DNA of 64,000 bases. It comes from Leucoraja erinacea. Lineage: Eukaryota. Where the stretch lies: NCBI RefSeq assembly GCF_028641065.1, contig NC_073382.1, forward strand, positions 26,474,001-26,538,000, given 5' to 3'. The position numbers and the translations under genes are program-made. The notes below the pieces were generated by a model that saw nothing but the letters and a program-made list of their open reading frames with translations, did no database searches and was not told the DNA's origin. Each line of letters begins with the position of its first letter. The stretch's first letter is position 1. Positions 11,651 through 25,112 of this stretch are shown piece after piece.

Positions 11651-13699
11651 CAACACTTTGACCTCGGTATTCACCTCCCCTCTAGCACTGCTCGCAATTG
11701 GCCCTGACCTTACTCTCTTATCCCTTCTCAAACTTTCCTTCCCATCAATCCGGGAGTCTTTTGTAACTTTTCCTGTACTCACTTTCCCTTCAACTCCATC
11801 TTTATACTCCCAATTTGTCATTATAGCATTGGTAATTTTTTATTAGCAATAAATTGGCTGTAATTAGCAGTATGGGAAAGATAACATACCGGGGAACATC
11901 ACTGCAGTGAAGCCATGGAGTCCACTTCTCAATGTGTTCAGAGAATACCTGATGTCCCTGCCAAGAGTCAATGGTTTTGTAAAGACAATAGCTGCAACAA
12001 AGACCATTCAACAAAGCTATTAATCAAGCAGCTAAAACCAACCAAATCAAAATATTCTGAATTCAACTGATTTTGAAATGGCAAGCAGACCAATTAGATC
12101 CAATTTAATTTAAATGGCAGATAGACACAAAAAGCTGGAGTAACTCAGCAGGACAAGCAGCATCTCTGGAGTGAAGGAATGGGTGACGTTTCGGGTCAAG
12201 ACACTTCATGGAATTCTCTTGGTTATGTACTGCTACCATGGCACAGATCCTGAACATCTGCCCTGGAATTTCATTTAAATAATGCATATATTTTAGACCA
12301 AATGTGATTGGTGTATGATCAGTGGGCACAAATTTACAAAATGTCAAATTACATAGCTTAATGCCAAATGCATAACGTGTCCTTGCATGGACACTGTTGG
12401 GATGCAAAATGGGTGCCATCTATCATGCATCCCAAATGATGCAACTGCTGAAATGCAATCTTGCAACAATGTAAAATACAGGTCTTGAACAGGAAATACT
12501 TAAAGGTACAAGGAATTCCCACCCAAGCATTAGCTAAAGGCATATTCCTTCCCTGAGCCCAACTGGACACCTTTGTGTCTCGTCAACGGGATACTGATTG
12601 GGGATGTTCAGCCATGATCACATTGAATGGCTCAAAGGGCCGAATGGCCTACTCCTGCACCTATTGTCTATTGTCTATTGTCTATTGTCAAACTCTGATC
12701 CCATAGCTATCCCCACCATTGCTACCAACCCAGATCAAGCATAAGAGAAGCAGGACGCTAATTTCATCTCCACACTGTGTGAAGCAAATCCACATATTAT
12801 TTCCAGTACTAGTTCATTTTGAGAGCCTTCACTTCAAGACTCGATTCATCGGGCGCCTCCCCAAGAGATTGAGCGCAGTGACTGGACGTGACCTGCAACG
12901 GCAGTGAGCGGTGGAGCAGCAGTGGAAAGCACCAACAACTTTGCTTGGCCAGGCCAACCCTACAATGCCACCAGAACCACGGACTTATATGGCCAGGTTA
13001 AGAACTCTGCACTTGGACTTGAAAATGGCACCAAAACCTTGCGACTCTTGTATACTGCCTCAGTGTAGCATCCCATTGCAGTTGTACTTAATCCAAGACT
13101 GTACAGATGCATAGTTATACTTTTACTGAACAGTATGCAAAAATCAATTTCACTGTACCTCGGAACATGTGACAATAAAATACCATTGAAACATTGAAAA
13201 TGCACAATAGTTTCTGAAACTAGTAGTGCATAACCACATTGAGGTGTCACAGAGAGTGCTATTTAATGTGTATCTCTTTGAAAGCAGAGCATCATGATAA
13301 TTGCTTCTCCGCCACCTCCTGCAGCTTCTTATCATTCTTTCTGTGTGGAATACAATTTCTAGCCTCTGACCTGTTTTCTCAAGCATCATAGCTGAATGTG
13401 TGTAAAATATTGCAAAGATTTTACAACACTGCAGCAATTTTAGTTCTTCCTCTCATCTCTTAAGAGAGAGAGACCCTCTAGTTCATAAGGTATACATTCA
13501 TAGCCCAAAGGACTATGAATTGACTTTACAAGCCTGACTGGCAAACAAAGACATCTACATTCGCTGGAGGAGGTTTAACTTTCTTATTTAGACTGCAGTT
13601 GAGCTCTCAGGAATAAGGGGACAATGTTTGATAGAATCATCCATGCCCAGGTATGTCATATTAATGCTGGCGAGATAAAGAATAAGCCTTCATTTATAG

Positions 13700-13890
13700 G
13701 TTGACAAAAATGCTGGAGAAACTCAGCGGGTGAGGCAGCATCTATGGAGCAAAGGAAATAGGCGACGTTTCGGGTCGAGACCCTTCTTCAGACTGATGTG
13801 GGGGTGAGAGAGGCAGGAAGAAGAAATGAACAGGCGGAGACAGTGGGCTGTGGGAGAGCTGGAAAGGGGAGGGGAAAGAAGGGAAAAAAA
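13700..13890 (-). mobile_element. Penelope-derived repeat with hammerhead-like core
   Basis: Minus strand CAGTCTGAAGAAGGGTCTCGACCCGAAACGTCGCC followed by the GATGCTGCC...CCCGCTGAGTTTCTCCAGC block. Confidence 0.75.
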
Positions 13891-14055
13891 TAAGCCTTTA
13901 TTTATACATCAACTTCAAATGCATTTTACTTGCATTGTTATTAATGCTGCAATGTATGTAAATCCAACAAAAATGTATACAAGGCCATACAATACAACAA
14001 ATTAATATTTAGACACAAGTAACTGCAGATGTTGGATTCTTGAGCAAAACACTAA

Positions 14056-14484
14056 ATGGCCTGTCCCACGAGCATGCGACTGCATGCAGCAAACGCGACC
14101 TAACGTGGGCGTTTGAGCCGTACGGCCTCACGGGGCCGGTCCTACTTCGATTGCCAGAGCCATATGGAGTTGTGCAGAGCTGGTCCCGACATCGCGCGGG
14201 GTTCCGAAAAACTGACATTGTCCAAAAATTCCGCGCGGCAACGGCCTGCCGGCCCGCAGCCACATTGAGGCCGTACGCACCGCCTCGACGGGCGTGCGCA
14301 GCGCCTCGACACTGTACGCAGCGTCTTAACGCCGTACGCAGCGTCTTGACGGCGTACGCCTAGCGCGAACTTCCCACGGACTTCGCTTGAACTTCACGTC
14401 GGGATCACTTGACCTCCGCATGGCCCCCGCTTCCGGTTTGGTTGCGGTTGCCGCCTGCAGTCGCATGCTCGTGGGACAGGCCCT
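14056..14484. mobile_element. MITE, PIF/Harbinger-like
   Basis: TIR GGCCTGTCCCACGAGCATGCGACTGCA and its reverse complement; TAA TSD at 14053-14055 and 14485-14487; CpG-rich interior; sits inside a Penelope-derived repeat. Confidence 0.88.
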
Positions 14485-14966
14485 TAAGTGCTAAAGGAAC
14501 TCAGTGGGCAGTCAGCATCTGTGGAGGAAATCAAAAGGCAGTGTTTCAGGTTGGTACACATACTCATACTGTTCACAATGGATATCCATGTGTAATTGAG
14601 AAAGAAATGTAATCCTGGACACCTCTTTCTTCTATATCAGTTTTGGCCGCATGACATTGATCCCAGCCAGTCACAGCTGCTGCTGAACTTCTCCAACAGA
14701 TAGCAATCTTTTTAACATTTCCCAGAAATATAATTTCAAATGATTTTGAGGCCCTAAAGCATTATTCAGACTCAGAAATGAGAGATCAAAGTTAACACCT
14801 AGGTGTTAATGGAGATGGTGCATTTTAGACAATAGGCTGTCTCAGAATGAACACCTGACATGGCCACTCCTGGACACGAGTGAATTTCCATTACTTTAAA
14901 TCCAATTCCCCTTCCTACATATAACGTTCAACCTGATCACAACATAACTAGTTTCCTCTCTCTCTC

Positions 14967-15652
14967 NNNNNNNNNNNNNNNNNNNNNNNNNNNNNNNNNN
15001 NNNNNNNNNNNNNNNNNNNNNNNNNNNNNNNNNNNNNNNNNNNNNNNNNNNNNNNNNNNNNNNNNNNNNNNNNNNNNNNNNNNNNNNNNNNNNNNNNNNN
15101 NNNNNNNNNNNNNNNNNNNNNNNNNNNNNNNNNNNNNNNNNNNNNNNNNNNNNNNNNNNNNNNNNNNNNNNNNNNNNNNNNNNNNNNNNNNNNNNNNNNN
15201 NNNNNNNNNNNNNNNNNNNNNNNNNNNNNNNNNNNNNNNNNNNNNNNNNNNNNNNNNNNNNNNNNNNNNNNNNNNNNNNNNNNNNNNNNNNNNNNNNNNN
15301 NNNNNNNNNNNNNNNNNNNNNNNNNNNNNNNNNNNNNNNNNNNNNNNNNNNNNNNNNNNNNNNNNNNNNNNNNNNNNNNNNNNNNNNNNNNNNNNNNNNN
15401 NNNNNNNNNNNNNNNNNNNNNNNNNNNNNNNNNNNNNNNNNNNNNNNNNNNNNNNNNNNNNNNNNNNNNNNNNNNNNNNNNNNNNNNNNNNNNNNNNNNN
15501 NNNNNNNNNNNNNNNNNNNNNNNNNNNNNNNNNNNNNNNNNNNNNNNNNNNNNNNNNNNNNNNNNNNNNNNNNNNNNNNNNNNNNNNNNNNNNNNNNNNN
15601 NNNNNNNNNNNNNNNNNNNNNNNNNNNNNNNNNNNNNNNNNNNNNNNNNNNN
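14967..15652. other. Assembly gap (N run)
   Basis: Run of N. Confidence 1.
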
Positions 15653-16454
15653 TATTTTACAATGGATAAATTCAACACCTGTAAAAATAGAACCCATTTG
15701 TTACCGGGTGGCTGCCTGCAACAAGGCTCCTAACTCTGACCTTAGTCTCCACCACCACATGTCTCAAACCTCAAACGCTCAGAGGCTGCCACTCACTGGC
15801 ACAAACATGTGCACACATGCACACTCATACTAAGATACATACACATGCACACATGCTTAACCAAACCTAAACGCACACTCACACTCATACTCACAAACAT
15901 TCACTCACCTCATGCACTCAAACAAACATCCACACGCCATCATATTAACGCAGGCATGTGTGAAATATTAGGTGAAAATTAGGATGATCTCAAAACAAAG
16001 AAATATAAAATTCTAAAATGGGAAAGGTGAGCTACATGGGCCATGAACTGCCAAAAATACCTTTCTGTTGTGAGTGTGAATTTGATAAGGCTAGTAGCTG
16101 AAGTTAAAGACCACCCAGAACTGCCCAATGAAATGGTTCTGTATGTTAAATATCTTGTAGAACAATGAAAAAAAGCTCAAAATTAATTCCACAACACTGT
16201 GCCCTGTGCAAGGTTTTGTATTATTTCACTCTTGAAATATCTCTTTTATTTCTTTTAACACATTCAAATTATTGATCCCGAGGGCAGTGGAATTACAACT
16301 CATGCCTGTGAAATAATAAATGTATGCCATATATCAAAATGAAATTTCTTCCAATACTGGCTTAATGTGCAGCATGTAAATCTTTGTCGATAAAATCTGC
16401 ACAAGGCTAGCTCAACACACTCCATGGAAAGGAAAAATCACTTACGGAGGCAGA

Positions 16455-17350
16455 AGAGGCTGCAGATGCTGGAATTTGTAGCAAAAATTAAAAAAGACCA
16501 GAGGTAGGAACACAATACATCAGGTAGCATCTGTGGAAGGAAGTGGATATTTAACATTTTGGTCGAGACCCATCAGACTAGAAGGGAAGTAGTCAGTATA
16601 AAGAAGTGGGGAAAGGGTTGGGGCAAAAATTAGCAGCAATAGGTGGATACAGGTGAGGAGGGGTTGGATTGGCTCATGGTTGGGGGGAGGGAGGAGGGGA
16701 GGAGGGGAGGATAGGGGAGGATGGAGGTAGAATTTTAAAGATGGAACTGGATTAGGGGTGCTGGCAAATTGGATCACAGAGGGAGGGGAGGGGTGAGTAT
16801 GGAGGGAAGGGGATCCAGGGGGAATAAGACAGGAAGAAGGGGATGTGTGAATGGATTAAAGTGGATAAGAGAAGAGTGGAAAGGACAGAGAGGGGGCCTG
16901 GAACTGGAGATTTCAATGTTCATGCCAGTGGGATATAGACTACCCAGGCGTGCTATGGGGTGCTGTTTCCCTGGTTTGCATTTGGCTTCATCCCGGCAGT
17001 TATGGAGGCCAGGGACAGATAGGTCAGTGTGGATAGGAATAAGTAGGAGCAATTGAAATAGCATGCGACCTGAGATTCAGATGGCTGCAGAGGACAGGGC
17101 GCACAGGCTCGGCAAAGTGGGTGCCTAATCTGTGTAAGAAGGAATTGCAGATACTGGTTTAAACCGAAGATAGACACAAAATGCAGGAGTAACTCAGCAG
17201 GACAGGCAGCATCTCTGGAGAGAAGGAATGGGTGATGTTTTGGTTTGAGGCCCTTCCTCAGACAGAAACGTCACCCATTCCTTCTCTCCAGGGATGCTGC
17301 CTGTCCTGCTGAGTTACTCCAGAATTTTGTGTCTGTCTTCACCTAATCTG
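16455..17350 (-). mobile_element. Penelope-like element 3' fragment plus a short inverted pLTR pair
   Basis: Encodes QHPIARLGSLYPTGMNIEISS; 17166-17340 is a self-complementary pair of the GATGCTGCCTGTCC...GCTGAGTTACTCC block. Confidence 0.75.
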
Positions 17351-17999
17351 TGTTTCACCTCACTGATGTAGAGGCTGCTCTGTTATTCTAGAGGAGAACC
17401 AAATATAACAGATGAGGCTGGAAGAATCTCTCTCTCTCTCACCTGGAAGGGCTGTTTAGAAATTACACTTGATTTCTTTTGATGGGACTGAAAGATTTAG
17501 AGGGTCACAACTCTCTATGATGTGCCATCTTACGCCTTGATTCAGTCACAGTTCACAAACCGTACCATGGGCAAACGGAAAGAACTGTCACCAATAAGCA
17601 TATGTTAATTATTGGGGAGATCACAAACAGGTCAATGAAGAGGCACCGGCTGCGAGAGAATGAAACATTGTGCTGGAGGGGAAATAAAAAGGGGCAGCTG
17701 GAATCTGTGACAGAAGACATTACTGGGATCTGAGCACACTAGGAGAGCAGGCGCAGAGACACAGAGCTGCGGAGCCCCTTGCTTTTACAGGCATTTGCTC
17801 TGAATTAATGAGGATTGGCTTCTGAAATGAATAGCTCTTCACACGTCTGATTCCTGCAAGCTGCATTATTCTGCTTTTTCAAAGTTCCTTATTATGTTAC
17901 ACGCCTTCTCAGACATTCTCTAATTATTTCTCTTTGTGTGCATTACATCAAATAGATCTCTGCCTGGGATCAGTCTTTATGCCAGCAACGTTTGGCATA

Positions 18000-18266
18000 G
18001 AAGATAGACACAAAATGCTGGAGTAGCTCAGCGGGACAGGCAGCATCTCTGGTGAGAAGGAATGGGTGACATTTCAGGTCGAGACCATTCTTCAGACTGA
18101 GAGTCAGGGGCGAGGGAAACCCTAGAGATATGGAAGGGTACAAAGAGCATATAAGGTGTTAAAAGGACAGCATGGAACCGGACAACGGGAGGAATCACAG
18201 AGGGGGAGCAGCGAGAGAGGCTGTTGCAGAACTCTCGTCTGAGAGAGGAGCAGAACTTCTTCAAAG
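18000..18266 (-). mobile_element. Penelope-derived repeat
   Basis: Minus strand CAGTCTGAAGAATGGTCTCGACCTGAAATGTCACC and the shared downstream block. Confidence 0.7.
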
Positions 18267-18989
18267 TTTGGCAGAGGTAGCATGTTCAGACTGGCAACGT
18301 GAATGGGTAAAATTAATTCTGGATTGCCTTGTCTTTATGTGACTGAGATCACAGGCAAGGTTGATATGGATTAATCAATCATTTGATCTCTTCTCTTTTC
18401 ACTTACTCATCGAGATGCTTTTCAACCAGGGGGGATTTTCCTGTGGTATCCCTGCTTCCTATGATAATAGTAACATAATTTCAATAGGTAGCTACTATAT
18501 ACTCTCATACCATTAATGGAAAACAAATAAAACTGCAATCCATCCAGTCAGCGGTACCTGTGGAAAGAGGAACCAATAAATACTTCAGGTCGAAGAAGCT
18601 ACAGTACATAAATTTGCAACCTGATAAAGTGCTTTCCACCTGGAAAGTTCACTGTTTTCTCTTTTCGTATTTCAACTTTCTTACCATCCAGCATTCTCCA
18701 CTTTCCCCTGGCTACTACCATTCTTCCCACATCGTCATCCACAAGTACCTCCGTCTAACTGATCAGCAGATACACAGCATCTAAAACAGTGACAAATTTG
18801 GAGAATTTGACATCCTAAACGGATGCCTTGGTGTTGCAAGAAATTGTTTGATGTTTATTATATGGAAGCGGCAGGTCTTCTATTCACTGCTGGATACTTT
18901 GGTGGCTGGGATTATTGTGAAGAACTAACAGGGACAGTTGATGTGGTGTCGATTTTCTGTACCTCAGCAATCTCTACCTGAACTCCAGG

Positions 18990-19410
18990 GACCGAGTTCT
19001 AGGTATATTTAGGGCAGGCTGGGACTTTATTCCTTGGAGCACAGGAGACCGAGGGGTGATTTTATAGAGGTGTAAGATCGTGTGGAGGATAGTCGGAGTG
19101 AATGCAACACATTATTTTTCAAAGGGTTGGGGAATCAAAAACTAGGGGGCACAAGTTTAAGAAGAGAGGGAAAGATTTAATAGGAACCCGAGGAGTAACC
19201 TTCTCATGCAAAGTTATGGAATAAGCTGCCAGAGAAAGTGAATGAGGCAAGAAAAAGAACAAGATCTAAAATACATTTGTACAGGTACATGGATAGGAAA
19301 GGTTTAGATGGACATTGACAAATAGGACCAGCTGAGATGGGCATCTCGATCAGTATAGAAATGTTGGAGAGAAGGGCCTGTTTCTGTACTCTAACTCCAA
19401 GACACTATGA
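18990..19410 (+). mobile_element. CR1-like LINE 3' fragment
   Basis: GAGGGGTGATTTTATAGAGGTG...GGGAATCAAAAACTAGGGGGCAC...GGAATAAGCTGCCAGAG...GAAGGGCCTGTTTC. Confidence 0.7.
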
Positions 19411-20401
19411 GCCTATTATGTTTTGTCCTCCACAACCAAGTAAATGATCAGGACTTCAGGTGTGGGCATTGCATAGCTGTTCAACAAACATTTTCTAAGA
19501 CAGTTAAGGACAGGCCTTTCATAAGGTTACACCATTCACCCCGTAAGGCAAAAACAAACATAACCAGGACCCTTGCAATTAGCTTGAACCTCTGCACATT
19601 GCAAACTCACATTTTGCTGCTGGAAATAACCTTTGTGCTGTTTCCCAAAGGAGCGAGTCAGATGCTCAGATCTTTAAAACAGCAAGCCAGACATTCTTGT
19701 GCAAAGAAGGCCCTATGGTGGATATCAACAACGACAATTATCATGTGACCGAACTGCATTTTTCCTCAAGCAAAAATCTTTTCAAGCAATTTCAAAGACA
19801 TTGTGTTGAATGCCAGAAATTCTAGTAAGGAGATTTGAGCACACAGCCATCAGGCACTAGAACTTCAATGTGCCTCTTTCTCCTTTTGAACTCTTTAACT
19901 TTTACCAGGGTATGGATTCACGTGGACGTCTTTTTCTGGGGCTTCATCCACTGCTGGTCAGGAATGACATTCTTCCTGCATAAGAAAATGCCCTGTATTT
20001 ATAACATTAAGAACCCATTTTGTGGCATTTTGGCTTAATCCAATGCACATCCAAGATCTGAACATTGGAAAAGTAACGCATTCTATGAAAAAATGGAGGG
20101 AATATTCCTCATAAAGACTTTCCATGTGAAGAAGCTTTTAAACTAGAGAGAAGAAATACATATGCCTTCACCTCATTGAACATGACAAGAAACATTCCAA
20201 AATAAGTAAAACGTAAATTCTATAAAAGTGTGACATTTACTTCACCTCGTACTCTCAGAACATCCCACATTAAAGACTTTGATTGTGATCATTGTTGCAA
20301 TGTAGAAAATACAACAGACAACTTACACAGATAATCTAATTGACTGATGTGAGTTGAGGCATAAATATTAGCTAGGCCCTTTGAAAATTTATTTTTAACT
20401 G

Positions 20402-20651
20402 TTGGCAATGTGGAGCAGCAGTAGAGTTGCTGCCTTACAACACCAGGGACCCGGGTTTGATCCTGACTACAGGTGGTGTCTGTACGGAGTTTATACGTTC
20501 TCTCCGGGACTGTAATTTCTATAAAATTGTAAATTGGTCCTATTGTGTAGGATAGTGCTAGTGTGAATGGGTGATCGATGGTCGGTACGGACTCAGTGGG
20601 CCAAAGGGTCTGTTTCCACCTTGTATCTCTAAACTAAACTAAACTAAATTA
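20402..20651 (+). mobile_element. tRNA-derived SINE (HE1-like, internally deleted) inside an older DeuSINE-like relic
   Basis: GTAGAGTTGCTGCCTTAC...GGGTTTGATCC and (CTAAA)n tail; flanks GTTGAGGCATAAATATT and TTTACATCCACCT resemble a minus-strand DeuSINE. Confidence 0.75.
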
Positions 20652-20730
20652 AGGCCATGAGGGAAAATCCAACCTCTTCTTTAAAATGCAACATTGGATA
20701 GTTTACATCCACCTATGTGAGCTTTGGTTT

Positions 20731-20865
20731 GTCTGAGGAAGGGTCTCGACCCGAAACATCACCTATTCCTTTTCTCCAGTGATGCTCTCTGACCCGCTGA
20801 GTTACTCCAGCTTTTTGTATCTACCTTCGGTTTAAACCAGCATCTGCAGTTCTTGCATATATATT
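20731..20865 (+). mobile_element. Penelope-derived repeat with hammerhead-like core
   Basis: GTCTGAGGAAGGGTCTCGACCCGAAACATCACC; flanked by near-duplicate TGTGAGCTTTGGTTT / TGTGAGCGTTGGTTT. Confidence 0.75.
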
Positions 20866-23764
20866 TTGTGAGCGTTGGTTTAATGTCTCATTCCTCACTT
20901 TGCACCAACTAACACCTAATCTGTGCCCATGAATGTTGCCACTGTATCAGAGCTTAATTACTAATATAAATTTAGCACAGTATACATTCCACATCTTGGA
21001 AATAATGGATAAACTTCCATCCAAACTCAAATGCAATTAAACCTATGTGCAGAAAGCAAGAAGAAAAATGAGCAGATAAGTAGTATCATACTTTATGAAA
21101 TGCTGCCCATTTGTATTGTTTATAAATCAGCAATTGCGAATGCATTTTGCAGCTTAGATCTTTCAAACACCTCCCCCATCCCACCCCAGTCCACCCAGAA
21201 CTCTGAAACCTGCCACTCTGTCTCCTGTGGTGTGTCTTCCTGTCTTCAAGTCATTCGACCACCTGCTGCCACGATTGTTATCTGCTGCATAGCCCAGAGG
21301 CTCCAATGATAACAGCATTGATTCCTATGTACATCTAATTATGCCTCATAATCTACTCATTTCACAATAGTGCAGTGAAACATCTGCCACATCATAGACT
21401 CTTAATACCACCATCAAAACAACACATAATGCCAAATATCTGATTTTACACTGCTTGCCTTCCCATGATATCAGAAGCTGAATTTGAGTACTCAATAAAT
21501 CATTTTCTGTGCCCTGGTAAATACAATACAAATGAAAGTCACGGTACTAAACCATTGGCATCCTTCCCATTTTCAATCATCGCCAATAAAGGACTCTTTT
21601 TGTTGTCTTTTTTGCAAAACCTCCAGATTTCCAGATTATTTTTCAGAAGATGCACTTGGAATAACAAAGTTTATGCTTATCTATTCTTACTTGAGAAATA
21701 AATTATTTGTTTATTCGTCCTGTGATACATTTGAAATGTTTAGCGGCAATTTCTTTTCTTTTGACAGCATGGTAGAAGCCTAATAAAATTTGCAAACGAG
21801 ATCTACAATTTTCATTTAATCTAAGAAGGTCCAAAATGAGTTCAGCCTTTTTCTTACAACTACTTCAAAGCACTATGTGTTTTTAAAGGGGCACACACAC
21901 TCTTGGTCAATTGATTGAAATTTTAGGTACCTGTACAGAGAATGGCACTGTCAGGTAAATAACTTTTTTAATAATTGTAAGGGTACCAGAAATCAGAAAT
22001 GAAAAAGAAAGGAACCAAAGGCTAATAAAATTACATATTTAGACATTGTTGCCCTTCGCCTATTTGCTAGACAATGTCCACTCATTATTTCCAGCATTCA
22101 TGCTAAAAAAAAACACTGCTCAATTTAAACCATAAAAGCTTAGGCTGCACCTTGCTTTGGTTGTTTTTCATTTAATGGTTCAAATGCTATGGTCTAACTC
22201 AGAGATGCTTCCTCGTTACGTTCCGAGAACAGAAATGGATTTGTTAAAAACCTCCCTGGTGTTAAGACAGTTTGAATTGCCTGTATAATATATAGGGATG
22301 GGGGAAAGGTGGGTCTGTATTCCCCATAGAAACTCCACAAGAAGATTCAAATTACATCCTTTTGCCGAATTGATGAAACCCCAGCCCCCCTACCCCACCA
22401 CTACACCCCCACCAAAGGTATAACTAAAAAAATAACCTCTAGACTTTTATGATCTCTCAGTTTTTTAAAGTATTTAATATCATGCGAGAATAAAGCATTT
22501 ACTGTGTAAACTGGAAAAGAACTGACGGAGCTTGACAGTTAAATCCACCATTAAGGGGTTAAAAATGACTGCTTTTTATTTTTACGTTTCAGGGTTTTAG
22601 TTTTGTAGATGGCTCACATGAATTAAAAAATGCAACGGCTTCATGCCTGCAAGTTAACTCCAGCATATTTAGTGCAAAACATTGGAAACAGTAATGTCTC
22701 TTTAGCTCCTCATGTATGAGACCACTTGAAGTTAAATTAATAAGCCAATATAATTAGTGCTCACTGGAGGATGTGACATGAATGTTCTCCTTTGCACGTC
22801 AGTATTACTTCTGTCAGTGGGTTCATTGGAAATGCCCTGCATATGGGCCATTGGTGTCTGGTTGGTTTTCCCATGAGCACTGGCACAGAGGGTGCCTTTA
22901 TGGAGCTCATTAATAAATGAATAAAGCCCACGTGGCTCAAAATTGCTGCCTCGCACATCAATTTTCATCTTAAAATTGCCAATCCTTTTATTTCCTTGAT
23001 GTGGTTGAAGTATTTATTTCAACATTATAATTTTCTACCTTTAGTTCTCTCAGGTCATGGCAAAGATAATGAAATGAAGTCTGCCATTAATGAAGCTTAA
23101 ATAAGAGAGATCCTGTACAATCTCCAGTTGAAAATGCTGCAGGTTTCTTTTAAAATATTAATCATGATGAATCAAAATTATAAGGGAGAAAATGATTGAA
23201 GCTTTTATTCAATGTACTGGTCTGTGGAACGGTAATGTAAAAATCATACAGCTCTCATGTATCTATTAAGCCATAATTTTTATTTTAACTGGCTTTCTTT
23301 TTCCATTGAGGTATATCATGTTTGTGGTATGGTATTTACTTTGTGATATTTCTATTATATTTGTTAAGTTGAGCTGATCTATAACACTGCCGCCAAATTT
23401 TTATTGTTCACTGTTCTGTTCATCTAAGCCTTTGTTTTTAATTCACATTCGCACCTGCTCGAAAATTCCTTGATTTTTTAATTTTCAACCTTGCCATAAA
23501 ATTCTCTATGCCTCACCACTCTTAATCATCATAACCTTCACCATAACCAGCTTACTAGCAAGACATAGTGGCACAGCCAGTAGATCCAATGACTCGGGTT
23601 CAATCCAGACCTCTGGTGCTATATGTGTGGAATTTGCACATTCTTCCTGTGACTGCATAGGTTTCTCTTGGTGCTCCAGTTTCCTCTTAGACCCCATAAA
23701 TGTGCAGGTTGGTAGGTTAATTGACCACTATAAATTGTACCTACTAAATAGGTGAGTGACTTTA

Positions 23765-24058
23765 AAGTTTACATTTTAGAGATAGGGTGAGGAAACAGGC
23801 CCTTCGGCCCACCGAATCCACGCTGACCAGTGACCACCCTTGTACACTAGCACTATCCAACACACTAGGGACAATTTACAATTTTACAGAAGCCAATTAA
23901 CCTACCAAACTGTACGTCGTTGGAGTGTGGGAGGAAACCAGAGCACCCGGAGGAAACCCAAGCGGTCACAGGGAGAACGTACAAGCTCCATACAGGCAGC
24001 ACCCGTAGTCAGGATTGAACTAGGTTCGCTGACTCTACTGCTATGCCTCTGAGCCACC
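23765..24058 (-). mobile_element. tRNA-derived SINE nested in an older plus-strand SINE (about 23561-24200)
   Basis: Same SINE body in opposite orientations; the outer element resumes at about 24066. Confidence 0.7.
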
Positions 24059-24429
24059 CTAATCCGCTGGTAGAATCTGGGGGAAGTTAATGAGAATGTG
24101 AAGAAAATAAAGTGGAATTAGTGTTGGATTGATTTAATGTAAATGTTGTGGTCAACTCAGATTCAATGGGGTGAATGGCCTATTTCTGAGCTACATGAAT
24201 ATGAATCTCCCATGTTTATGGTCTTCAGATTTTATCATATGTTCCATCATATCTTCTGCTGGAATTCTGGAATTCTCCTTACGTCACCCAGCCACCCACC
24301 TCTTTACCATTTATTTGGATCTTATCTCCTACCCCTTTGATCACTTCATATTTCATCATATAAGTTGGTGATAAAATTTGTCGAATCATGCTCCATAACG
24401 GCACATTTTCTCACAACTGAGTTAAAAGA

Positions 24430-24785
24430 GAAATTATGTTCACTTTCCAAATTGAAGGCCCCTGTATTTTCATGTCCCATTCCAGAGACGTGAGAACAAA
24501 ACTCTGGTTTGCTACTTCAATGCAGCACTCGGGGGGAAATTGAGCTCTCATTGGCTTTAGTATGGAAAGAAAATATTCCCCAGCATTATGCTGGATAAGA
24601 TGAGGAGTGTTATTTGTGGTGAACCAGCCAACATTTATGTTGTAATCAATAAAACGGATCTGATCATCACAGTTTGTAAAAGCTCACTATAGTTTAAGAT
24701 GTTCTGTGATTGGAAACTACTGTAGAATGTTATAAGGGCATAACAGAGACATGTAAATGTAGGAGTTCCTTTCTTTTCTTTTATA
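24430..24785 (+). mobile_element. Degenerate DeuSINE/SacSINE1-like SINE, copy B
   Basis: Colinear with 230-630. Confidence 0.6.
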
Positions 24786-24789
24786 TTAA

Positions 24790-25112
24790 GTGGAGGCATG
24801 ATGGCTAAATGGTAGATTTGTTGTCTTACAGCCCCAGAGCAACACTCGGGTTCAATCCTAAGTACGGGTGTTGTCTGTATTGCATTTTTCACGTTTTACC
24901 CATGACCTGTGTGGATTTTCTCCGGGATCTCCTGTTTCCTCCCACACTCCAAAGACGTACAGGTTTGTAGGTTAGTTGGCTTGGTAAAATTGTAAATTGT
25001 CCCTAGTGCGTGTTGATTAGCATTAATGTGCGGGGATCACTGGTCGGTGCGGACTCGGTGGGCTGAAGGGTCTGTTTCCGCCCTGCATCTCCAAACTAAA
25101 CTAAACTGAACT
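24790..25112 (+). mobile_element. tRNA-derived SINE (HE1-like)
   Basis: GGGTTCAATCC B box, CCCACACTCCAAAGACGTACAGGTTTGTAGG core, (CTAAA)n tail. Confidence 0.85.

Larger units (their letters stand above)
8133..11815 (-). mobile_element. Degenerate CR1/HER1-like LINE ORF2 (APE endonuclease + reverse transcriptase), split by two later insertions
   Basis: YINAQSIRNK, GGGVALLV, VMGNFN, SDHN (APE); QHGFTKGKSC, VYLNFQKAFDKVPH, RPHLEYSVQFWSP, VSLWNSLP (RT and C-terminus); (TCTATTG)n tail near 8133; frameshifts and deletions. Confidence 0.92.

Noticed and set aside
14896-15697. Long ORFs of 249-260 aa
   Set aside because: They read through the N gap; same for ORFs across 31849-31985
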